64,000 nucleotides of DNA from an uncultured Bacteroidales bacterium (GTDB lineage: Bacteria > Bacteroidota > Bacteroidia > Bacteroidales > UBA1402), in assembly GCA_942493385.1 (NCBI GenBank), contig OW818699.1, positions 2,454,808 to 2,518,807 on the forward strand. Direction: 5' to 3'. Under the pieces are notes generated by a model. That model ran no database searches, had not been told where the DNA came from, and saw nothing but the letters and a program-made list of their open reading frames with translations. Each line of letters starts with the position of its first letter. Position 1 is the first letter of the stretch. A program made the translations under genes and the position numbers. Below are positions 56,333 through 64,000 of this stretch, in pieces.

Positions 56333-57229
56333 CTATAAATCCTGAATTTTGACATAGTTGCACAAATAACCCAACCTATAAAAATCAAACAAGAAAAGGC
56401 TGGGATGACTGCCCGTTAAATTTTTGTACAGTATTTTTTTTAGAATCCTGAATTTCCAGGCAACCAATCCATCCAAACGCATCCTTTTCAACATGCGATA
56501 TACTCTGAATATCCGAACTTCCTGTACCAGTTCATCCGATTTGAAAGCAGGTGCATCCAGATATTTTTCCACAGCCAGAAGACTTTTGGCAAGGTATCGG
56601 TCGCTCAGATCGATTCCAAGGTGCAAAAGTGGATTGTCGATGTACAAAACCTTGATTCCGTGCGTTTTCATTCGATACCCCATAATGGTATCCTCATGTC
56701 CGTAATCTTTAAACTGTTCATCATATGGAATTAGCTCATTGACAGACTTTTCCATCAGAATGTTGGAGGAGAAAAACGATCTCCATGGATTTCGGTTATG
56801 AACTTCGGCCGACAGACCTTCCCGTTTTCGGCTGTATTTCCAGCGAAGCATCCGGGCAGCTTCGGGCTTTTCCTTGCTGCAAACCACGCCACCTGATATC
56901 ACAGTTGCTTTACCCAGTACGTCTAGATATCGCTTGATGAATAGGTTGTCAAAAACTTGCAAATCACTGTCCAAAATGAGCAACAAATCATACTTGGCCA
57001 TTTGGGCCAAACGGTTTCTACAGCGGGCCAAGCCGATGTTTACGTCGTTTATGGTTAAAACACAACCAGGAATTAAAGATAGTTGATGGTTTTCCGTTGG
57101 AAAATCCGGTGAAGCGTCATCCAAGACAAGAATTTCGTAATCAATCTTTTCTTGCAGGCATTGGTCGGCCAAATCGCGGACCAAACGAGTGCAATCACAG
57201 TTGTATTCAGGAATCAGTATGGAGAGCAT
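56333..57229 (-). CDS. Glycosyltransferase family 2
   Basis: LSILIPEYNCDCTRLV, LDDASPD, ILDSD. Start set at ATG 57229, downstream of the -7 box. Confidence 0.8.
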   Translation of the reverse strand: MLSILIPEYNCDCTRLVRDLADQCLQEKIDYEILVLDDASPDFPTENHQLSLIPGCVLTINDVNIGLARCRNRLAQMAKYDLLLILDSDLQVFDNLFIKRYLDVLGKATVISGGVVCSKEKPEAARMLRWKYSRKREGLSAEVHNRNPWRSFFSSNILMEKSVNELIPYDEQFKDYGHEDTIMGYRMKTHGIKVLYIDNPLLHLGIDLSDRYLAKSLLAVEKYLDAPAFKSDELVQEVRIFRVYRMLKRMRLDGLVAWKFRILKKILYKNLTGSHPSLFLFDFYRLGYLCNYVKIQDL

Positions 57230-57251
57230 GTTTTCACTGGGTTTATGAAAG

Positions 57252-57259
57252 CAAAGATA
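57252..57259 (-). promoter_or_regulatory. -7 box TATCTTTG for the minus-strand GT operon
   Basis: Plus strand reads CAAAGATA. 23 nt upstream of ATG 57229. Confidence 0.45.
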
Positions 57260-57280
57260 GCATTTACTCAAAAAAAAAGG

Positions 57281-57288
57281 TAATTTTG
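57281..57288 (+). promoter_or_regulatory. -7 box TAATTTTG for murB
   Basis: Exact TAnnTTTG. 32 nt before ATG 57320. Confidence 0.45.
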
Positions 57289-57319
57289 TTTCTTATACAA
57301 CATTTTGTTTTTATGCATC

Positions 57320-58336
57320 ATGCCTATGCCTCTTCTTGAAAATATGCAGCTTCGGGACAAACATACGTTCCATATGGAAGCTACAGCACGCTTCTGGGCC
57401 GATTTCGAATCGGTGGAAGAACTCTCTAATTTGCTAAAGGACAAACGCTTCGTTGATTTGCCGAAATTTTCGATCGGAGGGGGGAGCAACCTTTTGTTTA
57501 CTAGAAATTACCCAGGATTACTTTTACATTCCATGCTTCATTCTATTGAAACAACGGAAGCTGCGAACGGAATGGTTCTTGTTCGTGCCGGTTCCGGAGT
57601 AGTTTGGGATGATTTGGTGGAATACGCGGTGGAACACGGGTTTTGCGGATTGGAAAACCTATCCGGCATACCTGGTGAAGTCGGGGCAAGTCCTATACAG
57701 AATATTGGTGCCTACGGTTCGGAAGCCAAGAACAGCATCGTTCTCGTGGAAGCGTTGAACATGGAAACGCTCGAGTTGGAAACCTTTACAAATGCAGACT
57801 GCCGTTTTGGTTACAGAGACAGCATTTTTAAGGGAGAATTAAAGAATAAGTTCATAGTTTGCTATGTAACATACAGTCTTTCAAAGGATTTTATACCAAA
57901 TCTGAAGTATGGTGATTTGAATGCGCACCTAGAAAAGGCAGGTGGCATCAGTCTGAAAAACGTCCGAAATGCTATACTGGAAATCAGAGGTTCAAAATTG
58001 CCAGATACAAAAGCCATCGGCAATGCAGGCAGCTTTTTCATGAATCCTGAAATCCCAAAAATTCAGTTCGATGCACTCAAAACTAAGTTTCCCGACATGC
58101 CCTTTTGGCCTTTGAGCGAAGATCGAGTCAAGGTTTCAGCAGCCTGGTGCATTGAACAAGCAGGCTGGAAAGGCAAAAAGCTTGGAAACGCAGCGGTGCA
58201 CGACAAACAAGCGCTGGTTTTGGTCAATCCGGGCAATGCCGTCGCCGCAGACATCATCCAACTCAGTGACCGAATCATCGAAGATGTGAAAGCTCGGTTT
58301 GGAATTCAACTGCAACCCGAGGTTATTTTCATTTAA
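57320..58336 (+). CDS. murB: UDP-N-acetylenolpyruvoylglucosamine reductase
   Basis: FAD-binding GGGSNLLF, GLENLSGIPGEVGASPIQNIGAYG, and a C-terminal MurB domain. Start among clustered Met codons (57320 chosen). Confidence 0.9.
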   Translation: MPMPLLENMQLRDKHTFHMEATARFWADFESVEELSNLLKDKRFVDLPKFSIGGGSNLLFTRNYPGLLLHSMLHSIETTEAANGMVLVRAGSGVVWDDLVEYAVEHGFCGLENLSGIPGEVGASPIQNIGAYGSEAKNSIVLVEALNMETLELETFTNADCRFGYRDSIFKGELKNKFIVCYVTYSLSKDFIPNLKYGDLNAHLEKAGGISLKNVRNAILEIRGSKLPDTKAIGNAGSFFMNPEIPKIQFDALKTKFPDMPFWPLSEDRVKVSAAWCIEQAGWKGKKLGNAAVHDKQALVLVNPGNAVAADIIQLSDRIIEDVKARFGIQLQPEVIFI

Positions 58337-58349
58337 AGCGCTGACAATC

Positions 58350-59105
58350 ATGAAACTGACTTTTCTCGGAACAGGCACATCTACCGGCAACCCTGCGTTG
58401 CTTTGCAGTTGTGCGGCCTGTATGTCAAACGACCCTAGAGACCGACGGTTGCGTTCGTCCGTTTTGGTGGAAGACCAAGGCACCAGCTTGCTCATCGACT
58501 GCGGACCAGACTTCAGGGAACAGGCTCTCAGAGCCAACTTCCGTCACATCGACGCCGTACTTGTCACCCACGAACATTACGACCACATGGGCGGACTGGA
58601 CGACCTAAGACCCTTTTGTTCCATTCATGAAATGCCCCTTTATGCCGTTCCGCGCATTCTGAACCATCTCAAAGTGGCGATGCCGTATAGTTTCCGCGAA
58701 AACCCCTATCCAGGAGTTCCTTTGTTCGACCTACGCCCCGTCACACTGGAAACTTTCAGAATCAACCACCTGGATATCATACCCATAGAGGTTTTTCACC
58801 ACAAACTGCCCGTCATTGGTTACCGAATAGGCGATCTCACGTATCTGACCGATTTCAACAGCATTTCGATGAAAGAACTGGACAAAGCAAGGGGCAGCAA
58901 AGTCTTGGTAATCGATGCGCTGAGGGCGCAGGAACACATATCGCACAATACCTTGCAGCAGGCGCTTGACATCATCGCTGAACTTCGCCCGGAGCGTTCG
59001 TACCTCATCCACATGAGCCACGATATGGGGCTTCAGGCAGAAGTTGAACCAACACTGCCTGAAGGTGTGTTTTTTTCCTACGACGGACTGGTTCTCAACC
59101 TCTAA
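58350..59105 (+). CDS. MBL-fold metallo-hydrolase
   Basis: THEHYDHMGG (HxHxDH) motif. N-terminal MKLTFLGTGTS. Confidence 0.8.
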   Translation: MKLTFLGTGTSTGNPALLCSCAACMSNDPRDRRLRSSVLVEDQGTSLLIDCGPDFREQALRANFRHIDAVLVTHEHYDHMGGLDDLRPFCSIHEMPLYAVPRILNHLKVAMPYSFRENPYPGVPLFDLRPVTLETFRINHLDIIPIEVFHHKLPVIGYRIGDLTYLTDFNSISMKELDKARGSKVLVIDALRAQEHISHNTLQQALDIIAELRPERSYLIHMSHDMGLQAEVEPTLPEGVFFSYDGLVLNL

Positions 59106-59203
59106 TTTTCTTAGTCAACGCTCTGTTTCAAAAGGGTTTGCTAAACATTGCCAAAAGTGCTTAAAAAAATGGTCAGAGTGGTCATTCTGAACTATTTTTT
59201 TCG

Positions 59204-59211
59204 TATTTTTG
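59204..59211 (+). promoter_or_regulatory. -7 box TATTTTTG for dnaN
   Basis: Exact TAnnTTTG; extended form TATTTTTGTGCAA. 36 nt before ATG 59247. Confidence 0.5.
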
Positions 59212-59246
59212 TGCAACACTATGTAAAAATCCATAAATACTATCGT

Positions 59247-60371
59247 ATGAAATTCATCGCATCAAGTTCAGCTCTCCTGAGCCACCTCCAGGCCATCAGC
59301 CGCGTCATCAATTCCAAGAACACGCTGCCCATACTCGAATGCTTCCTGTTGAAAATCGAAGGACTGAAGATGACCGCCACGGCATCGGATACGGAAACAA
59401 CGTTGGTGACCACCCTAGACCTGATCGAATCAGACAGCGACGGTTGCTACGCCATTCCTTCCAAAACCATGTTGGACTCATTGCGTGAACTTTCCGAACA
59501 ACCCCTCACCATCGAAATCAACGAAAACAGTCTGGAAGTAACCATTTGGTACCAAAACGGCAAATACAAGTTCGTAGCCCAAAGCGGCGACGAATTTCCC
59601 AAACTGAAAGAGCTTAAGGAAAGCAACAGCAACCTCGAAATTCCAGCCAACATATTGCTAAACGGCATCAACTCGACGCTTTTCGCTTCTGCCGACGATG
59701 AACTCCGACCCGTCATGAACGGCGTGGTCATGGACATCACTACCGAAAACGTAACCTTCGTGGCATCCGACGCCCACAAATTGGTTCGTCTGCGCAACTC
59801 AGCCATCAAAGGAGATCAGAACGCTATGTTGATCATCCCCAAGAAACCCGCCGTCCTCCTGCGTGCCATTCTGCCTAAGGAAACAGGTACGGTGCTCATC
59901 GCTTTCGATGACAGCAACGTCGTTTTCCGCCTTTCCAGCTACACCATCTATTGCCGCCTGGTGGAAGGCCGTTTTCCCAACTACAACGCCGTCATTCCAC
60001 AGAACAATCCTTATAAAGTGCTGGTTGACAGAGTATCCTTTCTCAATACGCTGAAACGTGTCTCCATTTTTGCCAATCAGGCCAGCAGCCTGGTCAAACT
60101 GGTCATCACGAACAACAACATCGAACTGACTACGCAGGACATCGACTTCTCGACTTCAGCCGAGGAAACCATCCCTTGCCAGTACGAAGGCGATCGCATC
60201 AACATCGGCTTCAAGGCTCAATACATCATCGACATCGTATCCAACTTGGAAACACAGGAGATCGTGCTCGAACTTGCCGATCCATCCAGAGCCGGGCTTT
60301 TCCTTCCGCTCGAAAACGACGCCGACGAGGATTTGCTGATGTTGCTCATGCCCATGCTTCTGAACGACTAA
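59247..60371 (+). CDS. dnaN: DNA polymerase III beta sliding clamp
   Basis: 374 aa from MKFIASSSALLSHLQAISRVINSKNTLPILECFLL. Three-domain length. C-terminal MLLMPMLLND. Confidence 0.92.
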   Translation: MKFIASSSALLSHLQAISRVINSKNTLPILECFLLKIEGLKMTATASDTETTLVTTLDLIESDSDGCYAIPSKTMLDSLRELSEQPLTIEINENSLEVTIWYQNGKYKFVAQSGDEFPKLKELKESNSNLEIPANILLNGINSTLFASADDELRPVMNGVVMDITTENVTFVASDAHKLVRLRNSAIKGDQNAMLIIPKKPAVLLRAILPKETGTVLIAFDDSNVVFRLSSYTIYCRLVEGRFPNYNAVIPQNNPYKVLVDRVSFLNTLKRVSIFANQASSLVKLVITNNNIELTTQDIDFSTSAEETIPCQYEGDRINIGFKAQYIIDIVSNLETQEIVLELADPSRAGLFLPLENDADEDLLMLLMPMLLND

Positions 60372-60380
60372 ACAAAACCC

Positions 60381-61148
60381 ATGCAACTGAATCTCAAAAA
60401 TCCGTTGGTGTTCTTTGACCTCGAAACAACCGGAGTCAATGCCAACACGGACCGGATTGTCGAAATAGCCTACCTCAAGGTGTATCCCAACGGGAATGAG
60501 GAAACAAAAACGTTCCGGGTCAATCCTGGAATGCCCATTCCCAAAGAAGCATCGGACATTCATCACATCACGGATGAAGACGTTGCCAACTCGCCCTCGT
60601 TCAAGGAAATTGGCAAGAACATCGCCAAAGATATAGAAGGTTGCGACTTGGCCGGCTTCAATTCCAACCGTTTTGACGTACCCATGCTCGCCGAGGAATT
60701 CTTAAGGAACGACATCGACATCGATTTGAGCAAACGCAAACTCATTGATGTTCAGGTGATTTTCCACAAAATGGAACAACGAACCCTGAGTGCCGCCTAC
60801 AAATTCTATTGCAACGCCGATTTGGAAGGTGCCCACGGTGCCGAAGCGGATACCAGGGCAACCTACGAAGTACTGAAATCCCAATTGGACCGCTATCCGG
60901 ACCTGACGAATGATGTTCAGTATCTTTCTGAGTTCTCCTCGTTCAACCGCAATGTGGACTTTGCCGGAAAAATCGTGTTGAACGACAAGGACGTGGAAGT
61001 CTTCAATTTCGGGAAATACAAGGATCAACCCGTGGAAGACATTTTGAAAAAGGATTCCGGCTACTACGGTTGGATGATGCAGGGTGATTTTGCCCTGAAC
61101 ACCAAAAATGTACTGACCCGCATTCGTTTGCGGTCCTTGACCAAATAA
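60381..61148 (+). CDS. DEDDh 3'-5' exonuclease (DnaQ/epsilon-like)
   Basis: Exo I VFFDLETTG, Exo II GFNSNRFDVPML, Exo III AHGAEADT. Confidence 0.85.
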   Translation: MQLNLKNPLVFFDLETTGVNANTDRIVEIAYLKVYPNGNEETKTFRVNPGMPIPKEASDIHHITDEDVANSPSFKEIGKNIAKDIEGCDLAGFNSNRFDVPMLAEEFLRNDIDIDLSKRKLIDVQVIFHKMEQRTLSAAYKFYCNADLEGAHGAEADTRATYEVLKSQLDRYPDLTNDVQYLSEFSSFNRNVDFAGKIVLNDKDVEVFNFGKYKDQPVEDILKKDSGYYGWMMQGDFALNTKNVLTRIRLRSLTK

Positions 61149-61149
61149 A

Positions 61150-62355
61150 ATGTTGAAAGGTAAACTCATATTACTGGGCATTTCAGGTGGCATCGCCGCC
61201 TACAAGACCCCGGAACTGATTCGTTTGTTCGTAAAGGCAGGTGCCGAACTCAAAGTCATTGCCACACAGCATGCACTAGAATTCGTCACACGTCTGACCT
61301 TGCAAACCGTTTCAAAAAATGCCGTTTATTCCAACACGTTCGAAGAATCAAACGAGTACTCCACCGAACACATCGCGCTGAACGATTGGGCAGACATCCT
61401 GCTGGTCGCACCGGCAACTGCCAACATCCTCGGCAAATTTGCAGGCGGAATTGCGGACGATGCGCTTTCCACCACCTATCTGGCGTTTGAGAAACCAATA
61501 TTTGTGGCACCGGCCATGAATTGTAAGATGTGGGCGCACCCCACCGTTCAAGCCAATATGGAAAAGCTGCGAAGCTTAGGCGTTCAGTTCATTGAATCCA
61601 CCGAAGGCGAACTGGCTTGCGGCGACGTAGGCAAGGGTAGGATGGAGGAACCCCTCGCCATTTTCAAATTGATTTCCGAATTTTTCGATCAAAAATTACC
61701 CTGGACGGGAAAAACCATCCTGATCACTGCAGGACCTACGTACGAAAAGATTGATCCAGTGCGCTTTATCGGCAACTACTCTTCAGGCAAGATGGGTTTC
61801 GCCCTTGCCGAAGCCTGTGCCAACCGCGGTGCTCAGGTTAAACTCATTGCCGGCCCTGTTAGTCTAAAAACCGTGCATCCGAACATTGATCGCATCGACG
61901 TGGAGTCGGCAGCGGACATGTTTGAAAAGGCGACCACTTTTTTCCAGGCAGCCGACGCAGCCATCCTTTGTGCTGCAGTTGCCGATTTTACGCCTTCGAA
62001 ACCCTACGATTCAAAGAAAAAGCGCGGAGATGAAGACCTGATCGTAGAGCTCAAACCGACCCGTGACATTGCAGCCACGCTGGGTCAACTCAAAAAGAAA
62101 CCGCAGATTCTGGTCGGATTTGCCTTGGAAACCGATGCTGAGATCCAAAATGCCCAATCCAAACTGGAACGCAAGAACCTGGATTTCATCGTTCTGAACT
62201 CGCTTCGAAACCCAGGCGCAGGTTTCCAACACGACACCAATCAAATCACCATCCTAAAACGCGATGGTGGCGAATGTACTTTTCCACTGAAATCAAAAAA
62301 AGAAGTGGCAGAGGACATTCTAAACGAATTGAATACTTATTTTATTAATATATAA
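61150..62355 (+). CDS. coaBC: Bifunctional phosphopantothenoylcysteine decarboxylase / phosphopantothenate-cysteine ligase
   Basis: Flavoprotein N-domain (LLGISGGIAAYK, PATANILGKFAGGIADD) and CoaB C-domain (ITAGPTYEKIDPVRFIGNYSSGKMG). Confidence 0.93.
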   Translation: MLKGKLILLGISGGIAAYKTPELIRLFVKAGAELKVIATQHALEFVTRLTLQTVSKNAVYSNTFEESNEYSTEHIALNDWADILLVAPATANILGKFAGGIADDALSTTYLAFEKPIFVAPAMNCKMWAHPTVQANMEKLRSLGVQFIESTEGELACGDVGKGRMEEPLAIFKLISEFFDQKLPWTGKTILITAGPTYEKIDPVRFIGNYSSGKMGFALAEACANRGAQVKLIAGPVSLKTVHPNIDRIDVESAADMFEKATTFFQAADAAILCAAVADFTPSKPYDSKKKRGDEDLIVELKPTRDIAATLGQLKKKPQILVGFALETDAEIQNAQSKLERKNLDFIVLNSLRNPGAGFQHDTNQITILKRDGGECTFPLKSKKEVAEDILNELNTYFINI

Positions 62356-62374
62356 TTAATATAATATTTATTTG

Positions 62375-62382
62375 TAACTTTG
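62375..62382 (+). promoter_or_regulatory. -7 box TAACTTTG for DUF4835-recN
   Basis: Exact TAnnTTTG. 17 nt before ATG 62399. Confidence 0.4.
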
Positions 62383-62398
62383 TCTCAAAACGCGACTT

Positions 62399-63304
62399 AT
62401 GCAACCCCGAATTTTTAAATGCTTTCTGTTGTCGACTGTCCTTCTTTTCGGAGGATTGTCTGTCTATGCCCAGGAGCTGAACTGCAAGGTACAGATCAAT
62501 ACGGAACAGATCTCGGGTACGGACAAAGCCGTCTATGAAAACTTGAAATCGTCGGTACAGGAGTACATGAACACCACCCGCTTCTCCAATGTACAACTGA
62601 GCAACACGGAAAAGATCGACTGCTCCATGCTGTTCATCTTCAAATCGCGGGAAGCAAATACGCATACCTGCGATTTTCAGATTCAGAGTTCCAGACCAGT
62701 TTACGGAAGCAATTACACAACCAGCCTGTTGAATTTCAGGGAAACATTGGTATTTGAGTTTCAGGAGAACCAGACGTTGACGTTCAACGAAACCACCATC
62801 TCCGACAATCTCACGGCAACCCTGGATTTTTGGGCCTACATCATTCTGGGCCTCGACTTCGACAGTTTTTCAAAATTAGGTGGCAGCCCCTTTTTCCAAC
62901 GCGCGCAAGAGATCACCTCCATGGCCCAAGGCACCATGGGAGAAAGCTGGAAGGCTCAGGTTGATAAGAACCATTGGGGTTGGGCCAATGTGCTGAGCAA
63001 CGAAAATCAACCCGAAATGCGCCTGCTTTCGTATCAATATCACCGACAGGGTTTGGATGTGATGTATGAAAAACCGGAAGAGGGTAGGGCAAAAATCTAT
63101 GCGGCCATGGAAAATCTCAAGCCGGCCAAGCAATTCAAACCTGGTTCTCCCTTGATTTCTAGTTTTATAGAAACCAAAGCCGATGAGCTCATCAACATTT
63201 ACAGCAAAGCCAGCGCTCAAGAAAAACAAGGCGTTTACGACCTGCTGAGCAGTATTTATCCGGCTTCCACCAACCGGTTGCAAGGCATCAAAACCAAAAA
63301 GTGA
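62399..63304 (+). CDS. DUF4835-family protein (labelled T9SS PorD in some annotations, from memory)
   Basis: Signal peptide. From recollection of Bacteroidota synteny, it occupies the conserved position between coaBC and recN. No enzymatic motif seen. Confidence 0.55.
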   Translation: MQPRIFKCFLLSTVLLFGGLSVYAQELNCKVQINTEQISGTDKAVYENLKSSVQEYMNTTRFSNVQLSNTEKIDCSMLFIFKSREANTHTCDFQIQSSRPVYGSNYTTSLLNFRETLVFEFQENQTLTFNETTISDNLTATLDFWAYIILGLDFDSFSKLGGSPFFQRAQEITSMAQGTMGESWKAQVDKNHWGWANVLSNENQPEMRLLSYQYHRQGLDVMYEKPEEGRAKIYAAMENLKPAKQFKPGSPLISSFIETKADELINIYSKASAQEKQGVYDLLSSIYPASTNRLQGIKTKK

Positions 63305-63305
63305 C

Positions 63306-64000
63306 ATGCTCCGGAACCTCCACATTGAGAATTACGCCCTGATCGACAAGCTCGACTTGTCTTTCGATGAAGGATTTTCCGTTCTAACCGGCGAAACCGG
63401 AGCTGGTAAATCCATTTTACTGGGAGCACTTTCGCTGATTCTCGGGCAGCGTGCAGACAACCGTGTCATTCAGGAAGGTGCCGAAAAATGTGTTACTGAA
63501 GCCACTTTTCAGATTGAATCCTACAATTTGCAGTCTTTTTTTGAAGAAAACGACTTGGAATTCGATCCCGAAACATGCCTGATTCGTCGGGAACTTTTCA
63601 GCAATGGCAAAAGCCGGGCATTTGTGAACGATTCTCCGGTATCGCTCAACATACTTAAAGAATTGAGCAGTAAGCTCATTGACATTCATTCCCAACATCA
63701 GAACCTTTTGCTTGGCAATGATGCCTTTCAACGCAACATCATCGACGCCGTCGCTTGCAACACCCAATTGCTCAATGACTACAAGGATGCATTCGGGCGA
63801 TACAAAGAATTGCAGTCCAGTTTGAAGAAGCTGGAGGACAAGGCTTTGAAGGCTAGGGAAGAAGAAGACTACCTTCGTTTTCAATTGGATCAATTGGAAG
63901 GGGCCAACCTATTGGAAGGCGAACAAGAAACCTTGGAAACCGAATGGGAAATTCTGACCCATTCCGAAGAAATAAAAATGGGTCTGGGCAAAATCTTTAC
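63306..64000 (+). CDS. recN: DNA repair protein RecN, 3'-truncated by the window edge
   Basis: Not in the ORF track because it runs off the window. ATG 63306 gives MLRNLHIENYALIDKLDLSFDEGFSVLTGETGAGKSILLGALSLILGQRAD (SMC-type Walker A). Confidence 0.9.
   Translation, partial: MLRNLHIENYALIDKLDLSFDEGFSVLTGETGAGKSILLGALSLILGQRADNRVIQEGAEKCVTEATFQIESYNLQSFFEENDLEFDPETCLIRRELFSNGKSRAFVNDSPVSLNILKELSSKLIDIHSQHQNLLLGNDAFQRNIIDAVACNTQLLNDYKDAFGRYKELQSSLKKLEDKALKAREEEDYLRFQLDQLEGANLLEGEQETLETEWEILTHSEEIKMGLGKIF

Noticed and set aside
1-64000. Scan for CRISPR arrays, tRNA/rRNA genes, IS elements, integrases, toxin-antitoxin pairs, restriction-modification or other defence systems.
   Set aside because: No direct-repeat/spacer arrays, no cloverleaf-sized conserved RNAs in the short intergenic gaps, and no ORF with transposase, integrase, nuclease-methylase or small paired-ORF signatures. 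The window looks like core chromosome plus one glycan locus.

Overview
Densely coding chromosomal segment, about 54 CDS on both strands with no gap over about 250 bp. I saw no rRNA, tRNA, CRISPR array, transposase, integrase or recognisable defence or toxin genes. It looks like a Bacteroidota (Bacteroidia-like) anaerobe. Evidence for that: T9SS type A and type B C-terminal sorting domains, bamD-rpoZ-DUF4293 and coaBC-DUF4835-recN synteny, PPi-dependent phosphofructokinase, a GGGtGRT/NifU-like pair, and exact TAnnTTTG -7 boxes in most promoter-bearing intergenic gaps. Gene content in order: (1) pflB (5' partial) and pflA; (2) a three-subunit biotin-dependent acyl-CoA carboxylase; (3) an envelope block with two paralogous outer-membrane (OM) barrel genes, tcdA and an M1 metallopeptidase with a long beta-rich C-terminal region; (4) the GGGtGRT/NifU-like operon divergent from pfp; (5) prmA; (6) a secreted extreme low-complexity protein plus a FadL/PorV-like barrel; (7) uvrB, a PaaK-like ligase with ACT protein, and bamD-rpoZ; (8) LysM, T9SS-cargo and lytic-transglycosylase genes; (9) uvrA, an ABC-F ATPase, ltaE, a TlpA-like oxidoreductase, a T9SS beta-helix protein, DUF4097 and DUF2141; (10) a Pif1-like helicase; (11) an 11-kb convergent glycan locus; (12) murB, an MBL hydrolase, dnaN, an exonuclease, coaBC, DUF4835 and recN (3' partial). 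The glycan locus holds kdsB, a tandem FdtA-like cupin, a FemAB-like protein, an LbH acyltransferase, wzx, four GT2, a GT6, a GT11 and a GT11-like gene. Most noteworthy: (a) a ~105-nt structured palindromic repeat in two copies right after the stop codons of the GGGtGRT gene and pfp, with compensatory arm changes between copies; (b) the conserved unknown-function GGGtGRT + IscU/NifU-like operon; (c) a two-gene module of a Tyr/Gly/Trp-rich, Ser/Thr-rich, poly-Ser secreted protein and a FadL/PorV-like barrel; (d) a polymerase-less glycan locus whose adjacent GT6 and GT11 predict a blood-group-A-like epitope. All family assignments come from motifs read by eye; no database search was run.
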